64,000 bases of DNA from a virus (lineage: Duplodnaviria > Caudoviricetes). The position numbers were made by a program, and so were the translations under genes. The first letter of the stretch is position 1; each line of letters starts with the position of its first letter. Of this stretch, positions 19,657-28,982 are shown piece by piece. Location: IMG/VR virus record IMGVR_UViG_3300010262_000137, positions 22,155-86,154 of that record; one strand, given 5' to 3'. The notes beneath the pieces are model-generated. The model was not told where the DNA came from. It ran no database searches and saw nothing but the letters and a program-made list of their open reading frames with translations.

Positions 19657-19827
19657 TTCGAACTAATGGTGATTTTAATCTGCTACATCATTATGTTCAA
19701 TTGGGATGGAAAATAGAGGAGTTTGTAGAATTGCCGAATTACTACAAACTTTTTTATAAAGCTTCTATGGATGTCGCAATAGAAGAAATGCAAAAAGCAT
19801 CGCAGATTAAGATTGGAGGTGGCAAGA

Positions 19828-22143
19828 ATGGCAATCGTTGAGAAGATTAAGATTTCTGATGAAGGTATAGGAACTCTTAAAAAGTTAAGAGATGAACATA
19901 AAACCTTTAAGGACGAAGTCAAATCAACAAGAGATGAGTTGAAAAAAGCGTGGGATCATAAATATAAGCCAGCTATTGAGACAACATCAGCCATGAAATC
20001 AATTCGAGCCATGCAATCCAAAGCAAATGAATTTAAGAACAACTTAAAAGCAAGATTTCATTTAGAAGATAACGCAGCTTTAATCAAATTAAATAGTATT
20101 TATAAAAGGCTTTTAAAACTATCAACAATGACAGTTGCACCGATTGTTAAAATTAGAGATCATGCATTATCCAAACTGAAATCTACAATCAAATTGTTTA
20201 ATGATCTAAAAAATAAAGTAGTTTCCCCTATCGTCAAGATTAAGGACAATTTCACTTCAAAGGCTAAGAAAATCAAAGCAGAAACTAAGTGGCTTTCAAA
20301 AACAGTTGCAAGACCAGTAGTATTTTTGAAGGACATGATAACCAGCAAGTTATCTCCGATTAAGATTGCCTTGAAAACGATAACCAAAAAAGCGTATAAG
20401 GCAACGATAACAGCAGTCAATAAAACAGCTAGTGGTATATCTTCTGCTATGAAGGGCTTGGCTAAAATAGGAAAGAAATTAGTCATACCTGTAACAGTAG
20501 CAGCGACAGTCACCACTGCTGCACTTGGTGCTGCAGTCAAATCAGGAATGGCTTTAGAAAATCAACAAGTCAGTATTGAACACTTTATCGGTGCTACCAA
20601 TAAAGATTATGGTGAAGCACAGATAAAAGAAGCTGCAAAAACATTTACTGAGCAGTTAAGACAAAATGCCAATGCAACACCATTTGAAACTGGCGAAGTC
20701 ATTCAAGCAGGAAGTCGTGCAATAGCGATTACGCAAGGAAACACGAAGTCAGCGATGTCCTTGGTTCGATTGGCAGAAGACATGGCAGCTGCTTCAGGTG
20801 GTACGAAATCAATCAGTGATGCCATGGAAGCCTTAGCTGATGCGAAACTTGGAGAAATGGAGCGTTTAAAGGAATTTGGCTTTAAAGTATCAGCCGATGA
20901 ATTTAAACAAAAAGGATTTGAAGGTATTTCCAAAGATTTAGAAAACTTCTATGGTGGCGCTGCATCCAAACTGGCTTCAACTGGTTCAGGGTTATTATCT
21001 ACAATTACTGGTAAGTTAAAGTCAGGAATGGCTGATTTTGGATTAAATATTGTAGAACAACTAAAACCAGTCTTTACAAACATTATCGGCTTGATTGATA
21101 AAGCGATGCCTTACATTCAAGAGTTCGGTGTAACGTTTGGTGAAGGACTTGGAAAAGGAATTCAATACATATCATCAATCATGCCATCGTTTATCAATGG
21201 TTTCAAAATGATGATGCCTGCAATCCAATCAATTATTTCAGGAGTTCAGCAGATGTTGCCACCGATCATGGCTTTTGGTGGAACTATCGTTACTACGATA
21301 CAAAACGTAGTAGTCAAGGCAACACCGATAATTGATCAGATTATTCAAGCGATTGCTCGTATCTTACCTGCAGTTCAACCGATTTTTTCTACTATCGTTA
21401 CAACAATTGGAAATATAGTCACAACTGTATTGCCTCCACTTGGGAATGCTTTTTCAATGATTGCAGATGTTATCGTAGCGATAGCTCCTATTATTTCAGA
21501 TACCTTCTCAGCAATCAGTGAAGTTGTAACGAATGCAATATCAGGTATTAGTACGGTGATTCAAGGTGGACTTGATCTAATCAGTGCCATTTGGTCAGGA
21601 AGTTGGCAAGGAGTCGTAGATGCCTTTGGCTCAATCTTTGGTGGCATCGCTGAAATTTGCAAAGCTCCTATTAATGCAGTCATTGCGATTATCAATGGAG
21701 CGATTAGGGCAATCAACAGTATTTCAGTTGATATCCCTGACTGGGTTCCAGTTGTTGGTGGTCAACACTGGGGATTAAACTTAGGACAAATCCCATACCT
21801 TGCCAAGGGTGGTGTTGTCGATGAGGCAACAACAGCAGTCATTGGTGAAGCTGGTAAAGAAGCGGTTATGCCTCTTGAACGAAATACAGGTTGGATTGGT
21901 CAGTTAGCAGGACAGATTATGAGTAGGATGGCTGGATTCAGTATCCAATTGCCTACTGTAAGTAAAGATATACCGATGACCAATGGAAACACTATGTCTC
22001 CAGCTTCTAGTGGAAAGACTTTATCAGTAGTTATCACGATTGCAAAACTTGCAGAAAGTATCGTAGTCAAGGAAAAACAAGATATTGATGACATTACTGA
22101 AGAAGTGGCTGATAAGATTTTAGAAGTTGTTGAGAATTTATAG
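19828..22143 (+). CDS. Tape measure protein
   Basis: ANATPFETGEVIQA motif, amphipathic repeats, IPYLAKGGVV...IGEAGKEAV. Confidence 0.9.
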   Translation: MAIVEKIKISDEGIGTLKKLRDEHKTFKDEVKSTRDELKKAWDHKYKPAIETTSAMKSIRAMQSKANEFKNNLKARFHLEDNAALIKLNSIYKRLLKLSTMTVAPIVKIRDHALSKLKSTIKLFNDLKNKVVSPIVKIKDNFTSKAKKIKAETKWLSKTVARPVVFLKDMITSKLSPIKIALKTITKKAYKATITAVNKTASGISSAMKGLAKIGKKLVIPVTVAATVTTAALGAAVKSGMALENQQVSIEHFIGATNKDYGEAQIKEAAKTFTEQLRQNANATPFETGEVIQAGSRAIAITQGNTKSAMSLVRLAEDMAAASGGTKSISDAMEALADAKLGEMERLKEFGFKVSADEFKQKGFEGISKDLENFYGGAASKLASTGSGLLSTITGKLKSGMADFGLNIVEQLKPVFTNIIGLIDKAMPYIQEFGVTFGEGLGKGIQYISSIMPSFINGFKMMMPAIQSIISGVQQMLPPIMAFGGTIVTTIQNVVVKATPIIDQIIQAIARILPAVQPIFSTIVTTIGNIVTTVLPPLGNAFSMIADVIVAIAPIISDTFSAISEVVTNAISGISTVIQGGLDLISAIWSGSWQGVVDAFGSIFGGIAEICKAPINAVIAIINGAIRAINSISVDIPDWVPVVGGQHWGLNLGQIPYLAKGGVVDEATTAVIGEAGKEAVMPLERNTGWIGQLAGQIMSRMAGFSIQLPTVSKDIPMTNGNTMSPASSGKTLSVVITIAKLAESIVVKEKQDIDDITEEVADKILEVVENL

Positions 22144-22156
22144 GAAGGAGATTTGC

Positions 22157-22867
22157 ATGAAAAGAAGAATAATTGAATTGAATGTGAATAACCGACAGGA
22201 ATTTTTAAAGCTATCAGTAAATCCAGCTTCTATTGTTTTTACCGATATGCAAAATAACCAACAAATTAATTTGTTGGAAGTGGGAACTGCACTTCTTTTA
22301 GGGAACAGAGGCTTGATAACGACAACGCTTGAGAGCTTCTTCCCTTCTGAAAGTTCGCCTTTTTATAAAAGATATGGAGGGGTTAGGACACCACAGGAGT
22401 GCAAGGATCTTATTAAAAAATGGAAAGATAAAAATATGATTGTTCGCTTGATCATATCAGATATGGATATCAATCTAGCCATGGCAATCAATAACTTCAC
22501 GACAACACATCGTGAAGGAGATGATGATATTTATTACAGCATTGAGTTAGTTGAATATAAAACTTTAAACGTGCCAACAGTTAAGGTTTCGACCAAAGTG
22601 AAAAGTTCTATTCAAAGAAGACCTGCCCCAACCGCTCCCTCAAAGGCTAAACCATCAGGTGGCTCATCTGCAGGAAGATCATACACTATCAAAAGTGGTG
22701 ATACTTTATGGGCGATTGCTACAAGATACTATGGTAATGGTGCTCAATATTCAAAGATATATAACGCTAACAAAGGAACTATAGAGTCTGTAGCCAAAAG
22801 TCGAGGGTTTGGAAGCTCACAAAACGGACACTGGATTTTCCCAGGTACGAGCATAACGATTCCATAA
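22157..22867 (+). CDS. LysM-containing tail tube initiator (XkdP-like)
   Basis: YTIKSGDTLWAIATRYYG...WIFPGTSITIP. Confidence 0.85.
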   Translation: MKRRIIELNVNNRQEFLKLSVNPASIVFTDMQNNQQINLLEVGTALLLGNRGLITTTLESFFPSESSPFYKRYGGVRTPQECKDLIKKWKDKNMIVRLIISDMDINLAMAINNFTTTHREGDDDIYYSIELVEYKTLNVPTVKVSTKVKSSIQRRPAPTAPSKAKPSGGSSAGRSYTIKSGDTLWAIATRYYGNGAQYSKIYNANKGTIESVAKSRGFGSSQNGHWIFPGTSITIP

Positions 22868-23823
22868 TGCAATTATTAACAGGTGGAAAAGATATCATTG
22901 AGCTTGTAAGGGAGATAACATGGTCAGGCGATACGAAAGAAGTATCTAGAAAACTCAATTTTGTAATTTATCAAAACGACATAGATAAGTTAATGCCAGC
23001 AGTTTCTATCAATGAAGGAGATGACATCATTTTTAAAGACGATACAGGAAAAGCTATCTTTGGTGGAGTCATTCATAAAAAAGATAGAAAAGCAGCAGAA
23101 AAGAGTTTCACTTTTCTAGCATATGATCTACTGTTCTATGTCAACAAATCAGAAATATCCAAGATATTCAATTCAACTCCTGAAGCAATTACAAGATCGA
23201 TTTGTAATGATCTAAATATTCCAGTCGGAAGTCTAGCTTCAACCAATGTTAAGGTTTATTATCCTTGTCTTGGCAAATCAGCTTATGAAGCCATAATGAT
23301 TGCTTATACGCAAGCAGGCTATCAAACTGGAAATGTTTATATTCCTGTCATGAAAGATATAAACAAATTGAATATCATCCAAAAAGGTCAGTATTCAAAT
23401 GTTGTTTTAGAAGGCACGTATAACCTTGAAGACAGCACTTATTCAGTGACTTCTGAAAATGTAGTTAATCAAGTTGTGATTACCGATAAGGAAGGAAATG
23501 CCATCAGGACATTAGAAGATATTGATTCTATGAATAAGTACGGAACAATTCAAAAGGTTTATAAAACACAAGATGGGAAAGATTCCAACACTGAGGCAAA
23601 AGCGCTCATGCATGGGATTGATAAAAACGGTTCTGTTCTAGCTTTAGGTGATGTTCGTGCGATATCAGGATATTCAGTAGCTGTACAGGAAAGCAAGTCT
23701 GGACTGTATGGTCTTTTTTATATTGAAAGTGATTCTCATACATTTATGGATGGGAAACACGAAATGTCACTCACATTAGCATTTGAAAATATGATGGATG
23801 AAAAGGAACTTCCTACATCCTAG
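22867..23823 (+). CDS. Baseplate hub (XkdQ-like)
   Basis: ITWSGD...SRKLNF, KYGTIQKV, GLFYIESDSHTF. Confidence 0.82.
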   Translation: MQLLTGGKDIIELVREITWSGDTKEVSRKLNFVIYQNDIDKLMPAVSINEGDDIIFKDDTGKAIFGGVIHKKDRKAAEKSFTFLAYDLLFYVNKSEISKIFNSTPEAITRSICNDLNIPVGSLASTNVKVYYPCLGKSAYEAIMIAYTQAGYQTGNVYIPVMKDINKLNIIQKGQYSNVVLEGTYNLEDSTYSVTSENVVNQVVITDKEGNAIRTLEDIDSMNKYGTIQKVYKTQDGKDSNTEAKALMHGIDKNGSVLALGDVRAISGYSVAVQESKSGLYGLFYIESDSHTFMDGKHEMSLTLAFENMMDEKELPTS

Positions 23824-23835
23824 AAAGGAGCACCT

Positions 23836-24192
23836 ATGAAAAAAACAGATAGAAAAATAGTGGATTTAGTGAATGCACTAAAAAGTAAATGTCAAAATAG
23901 CAACAATCTTTATGTTGCTAAAGTAGTCAGTACAAGTCCATTCAAACTAAAGCTGTATGATCAAACGATTACTGAACATATTTATGTCAATAACTCATTT
24001 CTAAAGACATCATCAAAAGCGATAGATTCCAATATTACTTGGGATGAAAATCACGATTATGTTCCTAGCAGTTTACTTAGCTTTACAAGAAAGATGTTTA
24101 AAGCTGACCTATTAAGTGCTGGCGATACTGTTATCGTTCTTTTAGATGGTGTTTCCTTTTATGTATTGGAAAGAGTCACGAAGGTCGCATGA
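23836..24192 (+). CDS. Baseplate spike-related protein (DUF2577/XkdR-like)
   Basis: VAKVVSTSPFKL, LSAGDTVIVL; gene order. Confidence 0.7.
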   Translation: MKKTDRKIVDLVNALKSKCQNSNNLYVAKVVSTSPFKLKLYDQTITEHIYVNNSFLKTSSKAIDSNITWDENHDYVPSSLLSFTRKMFKADLLSAGDTVIVLLDGVSFYVLERVTKVA

Positions 24193-24644
24193 GCAATTCA
24201 ATCTTTCCTTTTATTGATACAAGCAAGTACGAAGATGTTATTGAGAGTGATAAATTAGAAGAATTATGCGAGTATGCGTTTGATTTCAAGAATGACTGCC
24301 TTTTAACAAACAGTGCAGGACAAAACTATTATGTATATCGAAATGAGGCTTTGAAAGTTTGGATATATAAGGCATTAATGACTCCACGCTATCAGCATCT
24401 AGCCTATACGGAAGATTATGGAAATGAGATGTTTTCTATGATTTCTCAAGCGATAGACCAAGAAGTCATGCTTCTTGAATTAAAGAGATACATTACAGAA
24501 GCATTGATGTATAACCCTTATATTCAGGAATTAAATAGTTTTGAATTTGAAGTCAAAGGCTCGGAAGTATTGATTCGATTTACTGTAATTTCTATATATG
24601 GACAAATGCAGTATGAACAGATAATGAAAGAAGGTGTTGGATAA
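24189..24644 (+). CDS. Baseplate wedge (XkdS/DUF2634-like)
   Basis: EALKVWIYKALMTPRY...YTEDYGNE. Confidence 0.85.
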   Translation: MSNSIFPFIDTSKYEDVIESDKLEELCEYAFDFKNDCLLTNSAGQNYYVYRNEALKVWIYKALMTPRYQHLAYTEDYGNEMFSMISQAIDQEVMLLELKRYITEALMYNPYIQELNSFEFEVKGSEVLIRFTVISIYGQMQYEQIMKEGVG

Positions 24645-25744
24645 TGGAAAGAGATTATCAAGAAGTGATAGATGCTATGAGTAATGGCGAATACACTGCT
24701 GAAGAAATCAAAAGTCGTATTAGATCATACTTGAATAATCCAGCATCTAAAATCGAAGGTTCATTTGCTATGGATAGCATACAGGCAGTAGCTCAAGAAA
24801 TGGCAAGAGCTATCAATATGCGAATTATTGATTTCATTGATATGGCAATGCTAGACACAGCAGTATATGAATTTTTAGATCGAAAAGGATTAGATTATGG
24901 ATTGGCAAGAAATCCAGCAACTGCTTCTAGTGGTTATGTTAAATTCACTGGAGTGCAAGGAACGATTATTCCAAAAGGAACAACCCTTTTGTCGGACACC
25001 CACACGTTTACAACTGATTTTGAAGCAATCATCTCTTCTTCAGGAACAGTTAGTGTGAGAGCGACATGTACAGAACTCGGAATTGCTGGAAACGTTCTAG
25101 CAGGTGCGATTACTGGAATTAGGGCTACCGAAGGAATTGATGGTGTAAAAGTAACCAACGAAGAGCCTTTTGAAGGTGGAACTGAAGAAGAAACGGATGA
25201 TTCTTACCGTAAAAGAATTTATGAAAAGATACAAATGCCGATTGCTTCAGGAAATGCCAATTCTTATATATATTGGGCGAAGCAGGTTTCAGGTGTCGGT
25301 AACGCTCGATGTATCCCTTTATGGAATGGAGCTGGAACTGTTAAGGTTGTAATTTTATCTTCAGATGGGACTGCTCCTGATGATACTGTTATAAAAAATG
25401 TTGCTGACTATATTGAAACACAAAGACCAATAGGTGCTAAAGTAACAGTTTCAAAAGCTGAAGCAAAAGAAATTGTTATAGAAGGTACAATTAAAGTTTC
25501 AGCAGGTCATAGGCTTGCTGATGTTCAAACGGAAGCCAATCGTATTATTCGTGAATATCTAACAGGAATTGCTTATGAGGAAGAAAGCAAGGTTTTATCT
25601 TATTTCAAGATAAGTGACTTGATATTTAATGTTGAAGGTATTTCAGATGTCTTGGATTATACGGTTAATGGTAAAAAACAATCCATCATGGCAGAGGCTG
25701 CAGAATTTTTTTCTCTATCGGAGATAACGCTTCATGAGAATTGA
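24644..25744 (+). CDS. Baseplate J-like protein (XkdT)
   Basis: GGTEEETDDSYR, SGNANSYIYWAKQVSGV, PLWNGAGTVKV. Confidence 0.9.
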   Translation: MERDYQEVIDAMSNGEYTAEEIKSRIRSYLNNPASKIEGSFAMDSIQAVAQEMARAINMRIIDFIDMAMLDTAVYEFLDRKGLDYGLARNPATASSGYVKFTGVQGTIIPKGTTLLSDTHTFTTDFEAIISSSGTVSVRATCTELGIAGNVLAGAITGIRATEGIDGVKVTNEEPFEGGTEEETDDSYRKRIYEKIQMPIASGNANSYIYWAKQVSGVGNARCIPLWNGAGTVKVVILSSDGTAPDDTVIKNVADYIETQRPIGAKVTVSKAEAKEIVIEGTIKVSAGHRLADVQTEANRIIREYLTGIAYEEESKVLSYFKISDLIFNVEGISDVLDYTVNGKKQSIMAEAAEFFSLSEITLHEN

Positions 25745-26621
25745 TTCAGTTAATTATCTTCCTCAATTTATACTTGATATTCCTGAGATGAAAGAACTTC
25801 TATATGCTGAGCAAAAAGGATTAGATGAGTTCTTTGACTACATTGAATTGATGCGTAATCAGACATCAATCAGTACAGCGAGTATTTATCTTTCAAGATA
25901 CGAGAAAATGTTTGGACTTAATATTAGTCCTGCACTTACTGATTCGGAAAGAATAGGAAGAATTCTAGCAAAACTAAATACAAGAACCAATTCAACTGTA
26001 GATGCCATCAAAACAGTTGTTTCATCTATTACAGGATGTGATACAGAGATAGAAGAATACTATGATAAGTATGCTTTTATGATTGATGTTTTAAGAGATA
26101 ATGACCAGTTAATCAATATCGAAGACATCAAAGCAGCAGTAGAAATCATTAAACCAGCACACCTTGCATTTACAGTTATGATGTGTTGGAAATGGACAAT
26201 TGGAATTAAAGTCAATTCGTTCATTTACAAAGTAGCTCATGATGTATGTGGTGGTCTTGGCAATGATTATGACTATTGTGGAGAAACACCTGATTTAAGC
26301 TATTTAGGAAAGATAGAAGGAACTGGAATAAAAGTAGAAGTAAGAAAAGAAAATCATTCATTTCCTTATGTTTTCACTGGTCAATATCCAGTTATTTCAA
26401 CTTTAGGAAGTATAAAGGATGGAGATATAAAAGTTAGTGCAGTGCATGAAACACATGGATATGATTATGATTTCACATCTTTTGAAGCAGGTGTAGTCCC
26501 TCATATATCAATGCTAGGCGCTGATAAGCAAGAGAACGGACAAATAAACGTGGAAACAGAAAACTACGCCACACCGCTTTTATTTGCCCAAGAAGATGGC
26601 GATTTTTGTGGCGAAGATTAA
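25734..26621 (+). CDS. Baseplate I-like protein (XkdU/YmfQ, DUF2313) with C-terminal extension
   Basis: LSRYEKMFGL, EIIKPAHL. Confidence 0.8.
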   Translation: MRIDSVNYLPQFILDIPEMKELLYAEQKGLDEFFDYIELMRNQTSISTASIYLSRYEKMFGLNISPALTDSERIGRILAKLNTRTNSTVDAIKTVVSSITGCDTEIEEYYDKYAFMIDVLRDNDQLINIEDIKAAVEIIKPAHLAFTVMMCWKWTIGIKVNSFIYKVAHDVCGGLGNDYDYCGETPDLSYLGKIEGTGIKVEVRKENHSFPYVFTGQYPVISTLGSIKDGDIKVSAVHETHGYDYDFTSFEAGVVPHISMLGADKQENGQINVETENYATPLLFAQEDGDFCGED

Positions 26622-26636
26622 TTAGGAGGTATAAAT

Positions 26637-26945
26637 ATGCCGTTTAGTATAAAAGCATTTAAAGGCTTGGTATCTCATACGCACAGAGAAATTGTTTCAG
26701 CAAAGTATAAAATCAAAAATACTTATTATGAGGCAACGATTAACAGTATTGAAGAGAAAGAATCGGAGTTGGTATTGCATTTGCAATTAAATCCTTCAAT
26801 CACTCAAGAAGTAACTGTATCTGAAATTGCCTTATTTGATACATCGGGTGATTTATTTTATAAAAAAGCTGAAAACATTAAATTCAATCCTTTAAATGAA
26901 GGAATTATTGTAAAGATAACGATTAATTTTATGGAGGTAAGCTAG
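26637..26945 (+). CDS. Tail protein, hypothetical
   Basis: VSEIALFDTSG; ORF track. Confidence 0.6.
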   Translation: MPFSIKAFKGLVSHTHREIVSAKYKIKNTYYEATINSIEEKESELVLHLQLNPSITQEVTVSEIALFDTSGDLFYKKAENIKFNPLNEGIIVKITINFMEVS

Positions 26946-26946
26946 T

Positions 26947-27447
26947 ATGGGGTTATTGTATAAAGCAACGAAATGGCTTGATCATGTTACGCAATATCCA
27001 ATGCGTAGACGTATTACGAATAATGATGATGGAACAAGTGATGTAGTTCGTGCAGAAGGTGAAATCATTCAACAAGGAACACCGAGAAACGCTAAGAATT
27101 ATAATAATATGGAAGAAGGCATTCTTGCTAATCAGATTCTTGCTTTGTGTTTACAACAAGAAATGGTTCAACTAAAAAGGTCAGCTGCAGAAAATCATGG
27201 TGAGTTTGGAGTGGTAAACATTAAGAATACGAATAAGTATCCTTTTTCATCTGCTTCAATAACAATACCAATAAAAGAAAAAAGATCTAATTTTGATTAT
27301 GTGGTTCAAATCGAAGTGGCAGAAACGGACGGGAACATTGAAAGTATTGAAGTTTTTGATAAACAGTTAAATGGCTTTAAACTGGCATTTAAAGGCAGTG
27401 CAAAAAATGTGAAATTAAAATATAAAGTAACAGGAGGACGATATTAA
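26947..27447 (+). CDS. Tail fibre-associated protein, hypothetical
   Basis: IIQQGTPRNAKNYNNME; ORF track. Confidence 0.6.
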   Translation: MGLLYKATKWLDHVTQYPMRRRITNNDDGTSDVVRAEGEIIQQGTPRNAKNYNNMEEGILANQILALCLQQEMVQLKRSAAENHGEFGVVNIKNTNKYPFSSASITIPIKEKRSNFDYVVQIEVAETDGNIESIEVFDKQLNGFKLAFKGSAKNVKLKYKVTGGRY

Positions 27448-27779
27448 TGAATGAAGCAAAGATAATCAATATGAACAAAGGAGCAAAGATTGACTATGAA
27501 ATTATGGGAAATAAAATTATTTTCAATGACGAATTAATGTTGAATCTTGCTAAGTATGAGCGTGATGACCCTATGCATATTGATATATGCATGGATGAGT
27601 TTGGGTGTTTGTGTATGGGATTGGCTAACAATTATATTGCACAAATTGATATTCCTGCTCGTGAATATGAGTTTGTTGAAGATGGTGTGGATGAAGAAGG
27701 AAAAACTAAATATAACAAGGTAGCAATTCCATTTGATATTAAAAAAGTAGTCATTACATTATGGGAGGTTGAAGAATAA
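27447..27779 (+). CDS. Tail protein, hypothetical
   Basis: Overlapping stop/start with both neighbours. Confidence 0.6.
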   Translation: MNEAKIINMNKGAKIDYEIMGNKIIFNDELMLNLAKYERDDPMHIDICMDEFGCLCMGLANNYIAQIDIPAREYEFVEDGVDEEGKTKYNKVAIPFDIKKVVITLWEVEE

Positions 27780-28858
27780 TGGAAACAAATTTTGATGCGA
27801 TCAAATTAGCAGTAGAAGCAGCTACTGGTGGAAAAAATACAGTATTATTTGATGATTTAGGTAATCCTTCAATCATGGTTAGAATTCCTAAATTTAAAAT
27901 TTCAGATGTAATCGCTGGTGGATCTAATTCTGTTCATCCTGCGTTTATTGTAAATGGTGTAGAAAAAGATGAAATATTCATAAGTAAATATCAAAATATC
28001 GTAGTAAATGATCGAGCTTATTCTTTACCGATGCAAGATCCAAAAGCTTATATTGATTTTGATACAGCAAAAAAAGCCTGTGAAAACAAAGGTAAGGGTT
28101 GGCATCTAATGACAAACGCAGAATGGGCTGCAATTGCTTTATGGTGTAAAAAGAATGATTACTTCCCAAGAGGTAACAACAATTACGGAAGTGATGTATC
28201 TTACCCTCATGAAAAGGGTGTAGAAACATATAACTATGACGGTAAAACTGGTAGAGTTGCTTCGGGTTCTGGGCCAGTTACATGGGCTCATGATGGTAGC
28301 AACTCAGGTATATTCGATTTAAATGGTAATGTTTGGGAATGGGTTGGAGGACTTCGTTTAGTTGATGGTGAAATCCAAGTCATCGCCGATAATAATGCAG
28401 CAAATGGTGCAGATATGACAGTGAATTCTAGTCATTGGAAAGCCATTGATAAGAGTGGAAACTTAGTTGCTCCAAAATCAGCTAATACATTAAAGTTTGA
28501 TTATACAGTAGATCCAGGTACTACAAATGTAGGAAAAGGAGTTCCAAAATTAGTAACAACTTTAACTCATCAACAAACAAGTGATGAACCATATGCAGCA
28601 GGACAATTTGAAGATATGACGGCAGATGATGGTATCACTCCACCAGAAATATTAAAGTCGTTAGCGATTTATCCTGAGGGAACAAAAGCAAATCATGGAG
28701 ATTACATCTATATGAGAAATAAGGGAGAGCGTTTGCCTTTTCGTGGTGGCCTTTGGCATAACGGAAGCACTGCAGGCGTGTTCGCTTTGAATTTGCACAA
28801 CCCACGCTCTTATGCTGACTATGATAGGGGTTTTCGCTCCGCTTTCGTAGGTCTGTAA
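27779..28858 (+). CDS. DGR target: Mtd-like receptor-binding protein with FGE-sulfatase/C-type-lectin fold
   Basis: WHLMTNAEW, GIFDLNGNVWEWV, C-terminal VR RGG..W...N.R....GFRS; last gene of the tail module. Confidence 0.9.
   Translation: METNFDAIKLAVEAATGGKNTVLFDDLGNPSIMVRIPKFKISDVIAGGSNSVHPAFIVNGVEKDEIFISKYQNIVVNDRAYSLPMQDPKAYIDFDTAKKACENKGKGWHLMTNAEWAAIALWCKKNDYFPRGNNNYGSDVSYPHEKGVETYNYDGKTGRVASGSGPVTWAHDGSNSGIFDLNGNVWEWVGGLRLVDGEIQVIADNNAANGADMTVNSSHWKAIDKSGNLVAPKSANTLKFDYTVDPGTTNVGKGVPKLVTTLTHQQTSDEPYAAGQFEDMTADDGITPPEILKSLAIYPEGTKANHGDYIYMRNKGERLPFRGGLWHNGSTAGVFALNLHNPRSYADYDRGFRSAFVGL
28733..28843 (+). repeat. DGR variable repeat (VR)
   Basis: 111 nt colinear with three downstream template units; encodes LPFRGGLWHNGSTAGVFALNLHNPRSYADYDRGFRSA. 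Confidence 0.95.
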
Positions 28859-28880
28859 TTTTGGCTTCAGTGTTCGGTTT

Positions 28881-28898
28881 TTGCCACGTGAGTGGCAA
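28881..28898. other. DGR target hairpin/cruciform downstream of VR
   Basis: TTGCCAC-GTGA-GTGGCAA, perfect 7-bp stem and 4-nt loop, 23 nt after the target stop; such hairpins are established DGR target-recognition elements. Confidence 0.75.
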
Positions 28899-28902
28899 TC
28901 AT

Positions 28903-28940
28903 TCCCACCAGCGATTTAGCTGGTGGGATTATTTTTTTAT
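28903..28940 (+). terminator. Intrinsic terminator ending the tail operon
   Basis: TCCCACCAGC-GATTTA-GCTGGTGGGA 10-bp stem followed by TTATTTTTTT. Confidence 0.85.
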
Positions 28941-28967
28941 TGTGTAAATTTTTACACATGATATAAT
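28940..28967 (+). promoter_or_regulatory. Promoter with overlapping palindromic operator for avd-TR-RT
   Basis: Extended -10 TGaTATAAT (28959-28967); perfect dyad TGTGTAAA-TT-TTTACACA (28941-28958) over the -35/spacer. Confidence 0.65.
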
Positions 28968-28982
28968 TTACTTGAGGTGGTA

